Positions 10,983 through 22,625 of a stretch of DNA of 39,788 nt are shown here, piece after piece. The translations under genes and the position numbers were made by a program. This stretch comes from Rozella allomycis CSF55 (taxonomy: Eukaryota): assembly GCA_000442015.1 (NCBI GenBank), contig KE561063.1, positions 1-39,788 of the forward strand, written 5' to 3'. Each line of letters begins with the position of its first letter. The stretch's first letter is position 1. Under the pieces are notes generated by a model. It saw nothing but the letters and a program-made list of their open reading frames with translations, had not been told where the DNA came from and did not search any database.

Positions 10983-11025
10983 TTCAAAATTGGCGGGAAG
11001 ACAATTCAAGAATTTCGCGCGCAAA
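10983..11025. promoter_or_regulatory. E2F-type sites plus CHR-like element upstream of DBF4
   Basis: Minus strand reads TTCCCGC-CAAT-TTTGAA (10999-10983); TTTCGCGC at 11013-11020. These are GC-rich words in an AT-rich promoter, 10-50 nt before the ATG. Confidence 0.55.
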
Positions 11026-11033
11026 CAGCAATC

Positions 11034-12639
11034 ATGCAACGTCGAATTTCTCTTCGCAGTGTTCTTCCTTCCACTGGAAGTAAGCATTTATCTATTTTAA
11101 TAATAGTGTCTTCTCCACATATCACTCCACAAATCTTCCAAGATAAAATATTCTATTTCGACGTTTATAATTTCCCACAGAAGCAAAAGATACTTTGGAT
11201 TGAGTTTCTGAGAATATTAGGAGCGACTGTTGCTGAGTTCTTTTCAAAAGATGTTACTACTGTTATAACAAACAGAATTGAAGCAGATCCGATGGCACGG
11301 ACTAGAAACGTAAGAAAGTTTAGGAAATACAAACAGGCTAAAAGAATTCTTGGGGAAAGCACTTCGCATAACATCAAAAAGGATGAACAAATGAAGGCCT
11401 ACAAGCAATACAATTGTGAATTGATGACACTTTCACGTACTAAAATTTTAAAGTTATCAATTTAGATTTAAGATTATTAATTAAATCTAAGGCGAAAAAT
11501 ATAGACGAACGATATCAAGCGCTTGTTGGGGAAAAGAAGGGTTTATCTCAATTGGTGGCAGAGCAATCAAAAGAACAATTTGGATTGAGGCCCATTAATC
11601 AATTATCTCCATCACAAATTGATAATTTTATAGTCAAAACATCTAATGCAAAGTCATTAAGAATACCCAAGCTGATTGGTAATGAAATGGTTGACTTGTT
11701 ATAAAGTGCAAGCAAGCAAATATTATCGTCCCTTTAAAAAGTTTTATACTGTTGTTTACGACATGAATGATGCATTGAAACCATGTGTAAAACAGTATCT
11801 AAATAATGAGTTTCCATTTTACAATCCCGTTCCACAATATTTATATTCACCATTTTTACCTCCACCAGAAGAGATTGTTAAAATGACACCAATTTCAGAA
11901 TTAAATAAAATTAAAAGACACCAATTCAAATATCCTCGATTAAGCCATTACTACGAAAAAGAAGGAATTTGTGAAGTGTGCAATGAAAAATACACGAAAG
12001 CTTTGGAGGTAAAAATCAAAAATATAAATTATAAAGCATGTCACAGGAATAAATCACATGATCAATGCTGATAATCAATTCCCCATTATAGATGAATTAA
12101 TAAAGAAATTTCTAGTGAGGCGACCGAAACCCCCGCAAGAGCAAAATTCAAACCAAGTTAATTTGGAAAAGGAAATTTCTGAATGCAATGATTCTCCTAT
12201 TGACGTAAAATCAGAAAAACTAAAAGAAGATCCACCAAATGATTTTCCAGAATCTGTGGAGCCTGCATTAGATGTCGTCGTTCCAGAGACTCCCAGAGTG
12301 ATTAAAAGGCAAATCAATTCGAATCTGTTCAAGCCGTCGCCACAAGCAGATGAAGAAATTGATGTGTTAATCAAAGAATCATTGAATGCGAATATGGACA
12401 ATATTAGAGCAAGCAAGAGAAGGAGGACAGAAGCATCAAGAAACTTTAATGCTGACGATGTATATTTGGATCGTGCATCAAAGTATAGCTTAAGGAAGAG
12501 ACCAGAAACACCAACGAATCGATTAGCAAATATATTCCAGGCAGATTATGGAAGACATAGCGGCAGATCGTCAAATAAAACTTTGACACCCAGGGCATCA
12601 AGAGATTTAAATAGTGTTAGAAAGAAATTAGATTTATAA
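11034..12639 (+). CDS. DBF4: Cdc7 kinase regulatory subunit Dbf4/Dfp1
   Basis: Motif N BRCT-like (FYFD..LGATVAEFFSKDVTTVIT), motif M region (VYDMNDALKP), spliced motif C zinc finger EGICEVCNEKY..LE|HVTGINH. Confidence 0.8.
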
Positions 12640-12669
12640 TAAAATGTATATAACGGTTTAAATTCTTAA

Positions 12670-12921
12670 TCATTTTGCTTCTTTTGGTTTTTTGTTCAGT
12701 GTTTCATTGTGTAGTTCTTCTTTTTTGGGAAACCAGTCCTCTCTTTGCCAGTTGTACCAAATAACTCTCATAGCCCACAATAGCTTCATAGGCTTCTTCA
12801 ACGGCCGTTTTTCTACTATAAGCTTTTGGTAAAGAGCTGGATATGCTGATTTAGCAAACTCAAATCCTGTATCGTCCGTGTCTAGAATAGGCTCTTCATT
12901 ATCAGAATCATAATCGGACAT
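12670..12921 (-). CDS. Small hypothetical protein (83 aa)
   Basis: Clean ATG-to-stop ORF filling the gap between genes, acidic N-terminus; no recognised motif. Confidence 0.5.
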   Translation of the reverse strand: MSDYDSDNEEPILDTDDTGFEFAKSAYPALYQKLIVEKRPLKKPMKLLWAMRVIWYNWQREDWFPKKEELHNETLNKKPKEAK

Positions 12922-13040
12922 GGGTCCAAAGAATCATCGAAACCTCAAATGCAGACCATAATTTATTTACATTTGTATATATTTGCAAAGAAAGGGGAGT
13001 GTCAAGTATTATAAACCCTGGTCTTAATCTTTTTTCTTTT

Positions 13041-15091
13041 ATGACTCTACCCGTACGAAATTTTTGATCAAGACAATATAGATGAATAAAAACACTGCAG
13101 CAAATTCTGAGTCAAAGAGTTCCAAGAATTCCAAAAGTAAAAAAGATCATGAATAGAGACTGTAGAAAAAGCAGAATGGAAAAAAATGCCGATAGAACTT
13201 TCATATGGCAGTGTTATTGAAAAAGACCAGCAGAAGAGAAAAGGAACTTTGAACAAGAAGAAGCAAGCGGTTGATAAGAATCTAGTTATTCCTTATTTAA
13301 TTGGACAAATGTAATGTGTAGATTTTTGACATTATAGTGAATATTACTTTAGTATAGAGAATCTGTGCAGAGATATTTATTTTAGAATGCAGATGAATGA
13401 AGAAGGTTATGTGCCTGTTAAAACTATTGCGTCCTTTAATAGAGTTAAAACAATTTCTGAAGACATTAAAATGATAATGAAGGCTGTCAAGTTTAGTGAA
13501 ATATTAGAAATGAAAGATGAGGGGGTTAGAAGAAAAGAAAAATGGGAGCCTTGGATTTTAACCAGCGAGCAAAAGGAAGCGTTTCAAAAAGATTATGAAG
13601 AAAGACAAAAATTGAAAAATAAAGAAAAATCTGAAAAGGCTGAAACTGAAAACTTTAAAGGAAATGAAATTGAACAATGCAATGACGAACAAAAGAAAAC
13701 GAATAGTTGGGCTTCATTGACTGAAAAGAAAGGTATTGAAGAGANGGCTTCCTTGACTGAAAAGAAAGGTATTGAAGAGAATGGCAAAGATTTGAATGCC
13801 AAAGAGGGAGATCTTAAAGAAATAGAAATAAAGCTAGAGGAAACAAAGGAAGAAGAAAAACAAGTTGAACAGCCAAAGGAAAGTCCAGCTGTTAAAAGAA
13901 TTGAATTAAATGTTAACCCTTTAAGAATCCAAAAGAAAGAAGAGCCAAAAGAGGACGAATGGATTTCAGTTTCTAAAAAGAAAGCCCCTGTAAAAGCATC
14001 CCCGCCAAAAAGAAAAAAGAAGGAAAAAAAGATTCTTGAAATAAAGCAAGAAGATCAAACCCCAAAAATTTATCAAAGTCTCCTCCAATCTACTTTTGAA
14101 GAAGACTTTGAAAATTCATTGAAAAATTTGGAAGACGCGCAAGACAACGAGAGTGAAATTACGGATGACCACATTGAAGAATTGTTGATTTTGACGCCAA
14201 AAGTTGTTCATACTCACTCTAGTAAAGGTTACAATAGACAAGAACAACATTGTAAGGAATTTATTCATTTGTTACTTTAGCTGAAGTTAAAGCTGAAATA
14301 GAAGAAGGTTTGTATCAACACCAAAATAATTTGCTTCCATCGAATCAAAAAATACTAAAAGTGGGTGTTGTTGATGCTGAAACGTTTTATCACATAAAAT
14401 CTGGCACCGTTTCTATAAAGTAAAACTTTTGTAAATTTCACAAAGTCTCGACAAGAAACACGGCAAATTTTATCCAACTGAAAACTCTAGCGAATCTATT
14501 GGTTGGCTTGTATTGAAGAAACCAAAAAGTCCATTTGAATCACAAGATGAACATCCTTCATATGAACTTTTGAAAGAAAATGGTTATGAAGAAACAAAGT
14601 ATTCAAAATTTCATTCAAAAGCATTGAAAGAACGCAAATTGAGAGGGGTAGGAAAATCTCATGAAATGAACACTTTGTTTAGATTCTGGTCCCATTTTCT
14701 ACGTGATCATTTCCACATGAGAATGTACAGAGAATTTAAGCGACTAGCATTAGAAGATGCTGATAATGGATTTAGGTAGAAAACAAATATTTATTCAACT
14801 AGATATGGTTTAGAATGTCTGTTTCGTTTTTACAGTTACGGCTTGGAAAAGAAATATCGTCACTCCATATTTAATGACTTTCAAGACTTAGTCTTGATCG
14901 ATTATCAAAAAGGCCATTTTTACGGTCTTGAGAAATTCTGAGCTTTTGATTTCTACAGAAAAGACAAATCATTTAAATTGAATATTAAGAATCAATTGAA
15001 GAAGGTTTTATCAAACTTCAAGTCTATTGACGACTTTAAACAATCCCAACGCCCAGCATTAAACGAAACTAACTTTCCTGCATTAAAATGA
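13041..15091 (+). CDS. LARP1: La-related protein 1 (La motif + DM15), with an in-frame TGA in DM15
   Basis: [29 protein letters not shown] (La motif); [50 protein letters not shown] (DM15). Start exon is uncertain. Confidence 0.88.
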
Positions 15092-15158
15092 TTAATAAAT
15101 ATCTTTCATTCGTTTCTGATGTTTTCTCGAATCAAATGTTTATCTGTTTGTGTTTTGA

Positions 15159-15974
15159 ATGTCAAGTCAAAATCAAAAACCGCCTGAAATTGTTGTCGAT
15201 GATCCAAATGAACCTTTGCCTTCCATACCACGTTTGAGATCCAAGAGTATTAGCAGAAGAAGAAGCAGCACAGAGCAAGAGGAACAGATAAACAAGTACG
15301 GAATAAGCAATGCCGCACTACTTGAACTAAAAGAAATATTCTCTCTTGTAGACAGGGACGGCGGTGGTACAATTAGTCCAGAAGAATTAAAGGCCTTAAT
15401 GCTTACGCTTGGTCTAAAAACTACACAAGTACCTGCCAAACAATTCACAATATTCTAGGCTGAATTAAAAGTGATGGTCCAAGAAATTGATTCAAATCAA
15501 GACGGAGAAGTTGATTTCGACGGTATCCCAAAAATTCTCATTAAAAAGAGTTTGTTGGCGCCATGACACGCAAAGTAAGCACATCAATCACAAAAGAGAA
15601 ACTCTTGTGGGCATTCAAAGTTGTCGAAACGCATGCCNAGAGTTTGTCGGCGCCATGACACGCAAAGTAAGCACATCGATAACAAAAGAGAAACTCTTGT
15701 GGGCATTCAAAGTTGTCGAAACGCATGCCAGGAGAGAAATGGCTAGACCGGATGAGTCGGTAATTCTTCTGAAAGGCTCATTTCCCGCAAAGTATTTGCC
15801 AATGGTGCTGTCAAAATTTGGAGACAAGAAAATGTCAATTGAGGAAGCAGAAGATGCCTTGTCTCAAATCGCTCCGTCACTTGGAGGTAATAATAATTGT
15901 ACTTGTAGAAAGAAAATGATGAATTTGATTATGTCAAATATATTAATGTGATGTTCACTTCAGCATCTGTATAA
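15159..15974 (+). CDS. Calmodulin/centrin-like EF-hand protein
   Basis: EF loops DRDGGGTISPEE and spliced DSNQDGEVDFDE; C-lobe degenerate; contains an assembly duplication around N15638. Confidence 0.8.
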
Positions 15975-16004
15975 ATAAATTCTCTTTTTGCATGTTTTTA
16001 TTAA

Positions 16005-16478
16005 TTATGGCTTTGGTGAGGGATGAGTAGAATCTACATTGGTAGATTTCAACAGTGCTAGAGTGGTATTTTTTGGTTTAGAAATGGTTTCATTAATCGG
16101 CTGTATAGCTTTGTCCACTTTATTATTCATGCTTTTCTCTACCGTTTCAACATTTTCATCTACCAATTTTTTGCTTCCCATCTCCTTTTCATTTGAATCA
16201 GTACTTTGCGTCCCTACTTTTACGTCGACTAGTGACTCTTCTTCGTTTTTCTTTTCATGCGAATCAAATGCATGCTCGACTATGTTTAAATGTTGCAATG
16301 CTATTCTTTCTTGTATCTTTTGTTGCTCAATAGGATCAACCTTCGTTTCAGACATGCTGGGAACTTCCATCGATCGATTAAAATTGGATTTAGTAAAAAA
16401 CAACAAGAGAGAAAGTCCTATTGCTGGGATTATTATAAAAAGCTTCAATTTCAAAGATACCGGAATCCTCTTGATCAT
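16005..16478 (-). CDS. Hypothetical protein with an N-terminal TM/signal anchor
   Basis: Intronless 157-aa ORF with hydrophobic LFIIIPAIGLSLLLFF followed by a polar low-complexity tail. Confidence 0.6.
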   Translation of the reverse strand: MIKRIPVSLKLKLFIIIPAIGLSLLLFFTKSNFNRSMEVPSMSETKVDPIEQQKIQERIALQHLNIVEHAFDSHEKKNEEESLVDVKVGTQSTDSNEKEMGSKKLVDENVETVEKSMNNKVDKAIQPINETISKPKNTTLALLKSTNVDSTHPSPKP

Positions 16479-16630
16479 ATGTGGCTGTTCACATTCAATA
16501 GGTTTGTATGTAAAAATTTCAATGCGCTAATAGAACAAACAGTCACCAGATCATTTTAAATCTTTAATCTATTTTTTGTAATTGTTTAGATCGGTGCAAT
16601 GTTCTTAATTTCAAACGTAGTGGCTTGGCA

Positions 16631-17616
16631 ATGAAAACAAGTTTTGTTTGTGAATATTGTCAAAAATCATTCAACAGGAATCAAAAATTGCAAGATCATT
16701 TAAATATTCATACTGGAGAGGTATATGGTAACTTTAATATATTTTAGAGACCGTACAAATGTGAGAAATGTGACAAAACATATACAAGACAAGCACATTT
16801 ACATAGACATATGATAGGATCCCATAGTGATGAAAAAATGTATGTTTGCGAATGTGGTCTTAGATACAAACATGCATACCATCTCAAAAGGCATCAAGTT
16901 ACACACATCGATCCATTTCCTTACAAGGTAATATTAGTTTTCAATAATGAGTAGTGTGNCAGATACAAGCATGCATACCATCTCAAAAGGCATCAAATTA
17001 CACACACCGATCCATTTCCTTACAAGGTAATATTAGTTTTCAATAATGAGTAGTGTGAACATGAAGGATGTAAATTAGAATTTAAAAGAAAGAACCAATT
17101 AAAAGTGCACTTGAAAATCCATGAAAAAGTCAAGACACCAAGTTTCAGATGTGGATTAGGAGATTGCAGTTTATTATTTTCATCGTATGCGCTGCTATTA
17201 GATCACAGGAAAAAGTTCCATTCTAATTTGGAGTGTGACAAATGCCAGAAAAAGTTTTCGTCGCGTAAAACTTTGAGGCAACATCTCAAAGAGCAACATG
17301 GACAGATTGTGCAATATAAATGCCCCGAAGAAAGTTGCCAGCAAGTTTTTAAAAGAGTAATACAATGTGAAAATATTTATAGAAACATGGAATGCTTGTG
17401 CATTTGAAAAGTGTTCATTTGGGTATTCGGGACCAGGTTTGCAATATTTGTTTTAAAGCTTTCAGTCATAAACATCTTTTGGCGAGACATCGAAGAAGCC
17501 ATTTCAAGAGTAAAAAAGAAAAGACGCAAGAGAAAGAAGCCAAGAAGAAAGAACAAGAAAAAGATTTGGATAATTCTGTGTTATCAAAAACAATAATTAA
17601 CTTTAATCCGTTATGA
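16631..17616 (+). CDS. Multi-C2H2 zinc-finger protein, TFIIIA-like (8 fingers)
   Basis: Spliced MKTSFVCEYC..HLNIHTGE|RPYKCEKC..; eight tandem C2H2 fingers; basic C-terminal tail; artefactual duplication at N16959. Confidence 0.75.
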
Positions 17617-17685
17617 AGACAAACGAACTTGTAACAAAATTTTGGGAAATAAGAACTTTATTAAAGAAAATTGTAAACGAGTTAG

Positions 17686-19304
17686 TTAATCAAATTGATA
17701 TGGATTTCTCTTTTTAAAAGACTGAGCTCGGCGCCCTCTAGACGATCCTCTTCCTCTTCCACGTCCCCGTCCACGACCTCCTCCATCATTAGATGTTTCT
17801 TTTGTCTGATTTTCTTCTTTATTCTCTTTTTGAGTTTTCCTTTCCGCTGAAAATTGTTTTATTTTGGCCTCTTGTAAAATATCGTCTTTTCTAGGCTAAC
17901 TTTAAAGTTTAAAGATGAATTTACATTTCTATTCAACATTGTCGCCCATCCTTCAATTTGCTCATCAGTCCAACCGAGTTGAGATTTTAAATTTTCTCTC
18001 TCTTTTGTCTTTCTAAAGTTTCTATGAAAGATATTTCCATTAGCATTGTAAGCTGCCAGAGCTTTCATCTCAACTTCATCAAACGAATGAGTATTCACAT
18101 CATTGTCAGTCTGTTCGTTTTGCTCTTCTTCAAAGGCAAACTTTAGAACAGAGTGCTTAACGCTGTCGTCAATCTCTCCAAATAATCCTTCCTTCTTTTG
18201 ATGATTCATTTTTAATGTTCTCTGCAGATTTCTATCTAATTGATCTAAATGTTGATCAAGGGTATTTGTTAATAATTTGTCAATGACAACCGAAGAATTC
18301 CAATTGTAAGCCTCTAAACATTTTTCTACAAATCCATCCCCTAAATCAGGAAATATTTCAGTAATTTCAGAAATCTTTTCCATCAGGATTAAATCGTCAC
18401 CAGCAGGGTTCAAAACTGGAGTCTTTGCCTCTTCGTTGATGTTCATTTCAAGGAATCCATTTTCTACTTCATCAATACCACATGTGACATTCTTCCACGA
18501 ACCAAGATCAACCTGAGTAGCAGCATTCAGAAAATAGTCAATCATATCTTTATTGGCATCTTCACTGCAATAAAATTTCCTTAATTTCTCAGGTAGATCA
18601 GAGTACAATGCAAAAAGATCAACAATTAGAGGCGCATTTTTAAATGCAACGTAATTGGTTTTCTCAATCTCTGAACATAATTCATTCATCCACTGAACAA
18701 ATGATTCTGAACATGACTTGTTCTCTTTCAAAAAGATCAAGTTAAAATATACATTCAAAGCACAAACGCAGTAAAGTTTTTCATTCATAGTACCTTCATG
18801 ATGAATCCTTATAATATTTGATAGTTTAAATGGCTCCAAGGCATTAATATCTTCACATTGGTACAAAAACAGGATCGCAACCATCAAACGGAGACAATAT
18901 TCTCTCTGATCCTTACTGCTCATTCCTTCGACTGTCTTGCTTATAATAAAATCCTTTTGAGCCAAAGCTTTTTCTTGTAATGCCATTAAATAATCCATGT
19001 CATATGCCTCATCCAAATCCAACATCAAAGGTGAAACATACCAAACCAGAAAGTCACACAAGAGCTCGGTTTTTAAGAGAGATATTCGATCTGTAATCAC
19101 TCTTTCGTAAACAGCTTTATCCAAGATTATGCAAAGCGAGTTTGAACTATTCTTCTGGTTCATTCTTTTTGAATAAAAATCAATGTACTCTGTCAAAAAC
19201 TCATCGATATTATCAGATGTTTTAACATAGTTTATAGCAAGTTCCAAGTAAGTTTGAGACCAATCTTCGTTTAGAAATTCTTCGACAGGAATAAAATCGA
19301 TCAT
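17686..19304 (-). CDS. ASCC2: CUE-domain ribosome quality control factor ASCC2/Cue3
   Basis: EIFPDLGDGFVEKCLEAYNWN (CUE domain), RKTKERENLKSQLGWTDEQIEGWATML, spliced RG-rich tail. Confidence 0.85.
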
Positions 19305-19357
19305 GAAATTTCGAAGTATGCTGAAAGCCGAGAAACAAATAATGCAAGTTCAAATGA

Positions 19358-20239
19358 TTACAAAGCATGTATCAANGAAAACTTCTCTACTATTCTTCCT
19401 ATTTCCTGTTCTTCAAGATTCAGATTGACCAAGAACTCATAAAGCCGATCAATATACATGTTTACGTTATAGCTATTATTAACTAAGAAAACATGTCGCA
19501 GCCATTCAAAGAAGTCCTTAATCAAGGGCAAGTCATTATCATGGACATATGAACCGGTCATTACAATCCTGTTAAATATATTTTCCAGCGTTTCAAATTT
19601 GATAAATTTGGGGGAGTAATCTCTTAAAGAAAATGAAATTCTAGAATCATGCATTTCCCTTGCAGAAATTTGAGTAGGTCCAAGGATAAGTTCTGGCATC
19701 GTAATTTGCTGTTCTACTACGAGAACTGAATTGAGAAGTCGATCAAGGAATTCATCCAATGTTTCCATGAAATTCGCATCAGTTATTGAATTGTATGAAA
19801 TAATATTATGTGCAAGATATTCAGCAAGTCTACAATGTAATTCACGAACTGTCCAAGTTGATCTTCCTTCATCTCCTTGTTTTATATTGAGCTCTATAAA
19901 GTTTAAAATATCTATATTATTCATTTCACGCAACAAAACATCTAAATGCGAACGGTCAACGATTGTGGAATCAATTGTCAACATAGGGTTACCATTTTTA
20001 CAACTGGCCAAATGACTGTAAAGGTTTGGAAAAGTTCTTCTTCTTCGAATTTCCTCCAAGGTGATGTGATTATTGTATTCACCACGATATTCACTAATAA
20101 AGTTGTCATCCGAATCCGATGTCAATCCCGAACAAGTGCTTGAACTGTCTGAACCTTCGAAACTCGTGTAATCGTTTCCTGTCGCGGAAAATGTGGCGGA
20201 AACTATAGTCACAATAATCAACTGCAAAAAAATGAGCAT
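19358..20239 (-). CDS. Secreted protein, unrecognised family, paralog A
   Basis: Signal peptide MLIFLQLIIVTIVSA, Ser-rich linker, motifs FPNLY.H..CK.G, W.VRELHCRLAE, MYIDRLYEFLV; N near the 3' end. Confidence 0.8.
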   Translation of the reverse strand: MLIFLQLIIVTIVSATFSATGNDYTSFEGSDSSSTCSGLTSDSDDNFISEYRGEYNNHITLEEIRRRRTFPNLYSHLASCKNGNPMLTIDSTIVDRSHLDVLLREMNNIDILNFIELNIKQGDEGRSTWTVRELHCRLAEYLAHNIISYNSITDANFMETLDEFLDRLLNSVLVVEQQITMPELILGPTQISAREMHDSRISFSLRDYSPKFIKFETLENIFNRIVMTGSYVHDNDLPLIKDFFEWLRHVFLVNNSYNVNMYIDRLYEFLVNLNLEEQEIGRIVEKFXLIHAL

Positions 20240-20326
20240 GTGCGTGGCTTAGTACATGGCCAGTTGAAGTGCCACGTTAGCAATTGAGAATTCTCAAGAA
20301 AGGGATAGAGAGTCTAATTTGTTTAT

Positions 20327-21187
20327 TTAACAATAATGTGCAATTGAATCAATCCCTCGAGACAACTTGCCAACGATTCTTCTTATATCCCATTCCTCAA
20401 GATTCATAATAACCAAGAATTGATAAAGGCGATCAATATACATGTTCATGCTATAGCTATTTTTAACCGAAACAAAATGTCTTAGCCATTGAAAGAATTT
20501 CCTTATCAAAGTCAAGTCCCTGGCATCAGGCGTAGAACTGGTCACTGCAATCATGTTAAATACATTTTCCAACATCTCAAATTTGATAAACTTTGAAGTG
20601 TAATCTTTTAAACAAAAGGATTTCTTGGGATCAAGCAATTCACTCTCGGATATTTGAGTAGGTCCAAGATTTAGGTCAGGAATAGAAGCATTTTGAAGAC
20701 GATAAATGAATTCCTTCAAGGTTTCCATGAAATATGCATCAGTGATAGAATTAAATGAAATATTTTGTGCGAAATAGTCAGCAAGTTTACAATGCAATTC
20801 ACGAACGGTCCATGCTGATCTTTTATCTTGCCCATATTTAATATTGATCTCTACAAAGTTTAAAATATCTATATTATTCATTTCTCTCATGACAACATCT
20901 AAATGCGACTTGTTAACGATGGTAGAGTCCATCTTAGTCAAAGAGTTACCATATTTGCAACTTACCAAATGATTGTAAAGATTTGGAAATATTCCTAGTT
21001 GATGAATTTCCTCCAAGGTGATCGGCTTATGTTCAGCAATGTCATCAACAGATTCGCTTGTTGTAGTTGATAATCCTGAATAGGTACTTGAAATATCCGA
21101 TTCTTGGCTGCTAGAGTAAGCATCTTCGCTTTCAAAGAATGTTGCAGAAACTAAAGTTGCTATAATCAACTGTAAAAAAATGAGCAT
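20327..21187 (-). CDS. Secreted protein, paralog B
   Basis: MLIFLQLIIATLVSA; clear end-to-end similarity to paralog A. Confidence 0.82.
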   Translation of the reverse strand: MLIFLQLIIATLVSATFFESEDAYSSSQESDISSTYSGLSTTTSESVDDIAEHKPITLEEIHQLGIFPNLYNHLVSCKYGNSLTKMDSTIVNKSHLDVVMREMNNIDILNFVEINIKYGQDKRSAWTVRELHCKLADYFAQNISFNSITDAYFMETLKEFIYRLQNASIPDLNLGPTQISESELLDPKKSFCLKDYTSKFIKFEMLENVFNMIAVTSSTPDARDLTLIRKFFQWLRHFVSVKNSYSMNMYIDRLYQFLVIMNLEEWDIRRIVGKLSRGIDSIAHYC

Positions 21188-21467
21188 GTGGTGTGGCTTG
21201 GTAGATGGTGACCCTGTAATGACATTTTCAACATTGACTATTAAGCTGATTTTTGTAAAAGCTGGGATTGGATTTCCCCATTGACAAGCCTAAATTCTCA
21301 TATGGCCACAATCATATTTATTGATGCTGAATTGATTTAGAGTCTAGACTATAGCAATTAGCGTTAACATTACTCTCGAATTCACCCAACTATTCAGAAA
21401 AAGTTTATATTCCTTCAATATATGAAACAAATTACAATATTGAAGAGTGTTTAAATCGTCTAATAGT

Positions 21468-22370
21468 CTATTTATTTAAGAATTTTGAAACATTTTGATC
21501 AAGGTTGATTATTGAATCAATTTCTCGTTCAAAGTTGATAACTAATTTCTTGATTTGTTTTTCGTCATAATCTAAGCCGACTAAGAACTCATATAGCCAT
21601 TCCACGTACATATCCTTGCTAAATAAAGTTCTTCCGTCGTTTAATTCAATAAATCCGCTTTTAATTAGCCAATCAAAGTAATTTGTAAATGCAGCGAAAT
21701 GATCATCAGTGATAATCATAGTCTGGAACCAATCCATCAGTCGGCGATAATCAACTAGATCGTCCGGAATCTTTTTCAAATAAGTACTTTCTTTGTTCGC
21801 TTCTAATGATTCTACAAGTGGGACTTGCGGCGCACCCAAAATTAAGGGCTCCACACCAGACTTTGATTGTTTCATAATTGTTACCATGTTAAGAATATTT
21901 TGAATAAAATAATTGATAGTGCTTTTGAATAGTTCGTCAGTAATTGCGTCATCCGAATGAACCTTGTTTGCAATAAATTCAGCAAGTCTGCAGTGCAATT
22001 CACGGATAGCCCAATTTTCTTTTTGTTCAGGCAAGATGTAATTTATAAAACTGGCTATTAAATTACTCCTTGAATCACTGATTAATGCATCAAGGGAAAA
22101 CCAGTTTCTCAAACTTGTGTATTCCACTTGGTAAGAATCTACAAGTAGAACATCTTCTCCTAGCTTGCACTTTTGCATATGAAAGTACAAATTTGGAAAG
22201 CGGCCGTGAATATTAATTTCGTCCAAATTTGGGGCAGGAAAACCTGCTACAAGTGTGGGTTGCATTGAATAGCTGGAGCTTGAAAGTGTGCTTGTTGGAA
22301 GATCGTTATCGAAAGAACCAAAGAAAGTTGCAGACACTGAAAATACCAGTGATAGATACAGAAGTAGCAT
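21468..22370 (-). CDS. Secreted protein, paralog C
   Basis: True start probably MLLLYLSLVFSVSA at 22370; FPNLYFH..CK.G, WAIRELHCRLAE, LGAPQV, MYVEWLYEFLV. Confidence 0.8.
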   Translation of the reverse strand: MLLLYLSLVFSVSATFFGSFDNDLPTSTLSSSSYSMQPTLVAGFPAPNLDEINIHGRFPNLYFHMQKCKLGEDVLLVDSYQVEYTSLRNWFSLDALISDSRSNLIASFINYILPEQKENWAIRELHCRLAEFIANKVHSDDAITDELFKSTINYFIQNILNMVTIMKQSKSGVEPLILGAPQVPLVESLEANKESTYLKKIPDDLVDYRRLMDWFQTMIITDDHFAAFTNYFDWLIKSGFIELNDGRTLFSKDMYVEWLYEFLVGLDYDEKQIKKLVINFEREIDSIINLDQNVSKFLNK

Positions 22371-22625
22371 GTGCTCGAGTGGCTGGGACAACGCCCTGCA
22401 TTTTTCATTAAAAAAATTGTAATTTTCCTGATTTATAGCCAAAATCGCTTAAGCCATCAAAATTTAATTTTAATGAACGAATTGAAATTTGAATATAGAT
22501 TTAAGAGGGGTCCACTGGTCCACCATTAAAAAGATGGTTACCGACTTACCGTTAATGATTAATAATGATGAATGAATTAATAAAGTTTAACGATCTCTAA
22601 AAAGTTAGCTGAATCTATAATTTTT

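Noticed and set aside
14939-14941. Genome-wide UGA=Trp recoding
   Set aside because: Other conserved Trp use TGG, and TGA serves as the terminator of several genes (e.g. 15089-15091, 17614-17616).
19358-22370. RELHC as a metalloprotease motif in the secreted family
   Set aside because: It is not HEXXH and no other peptidase signature is visible.
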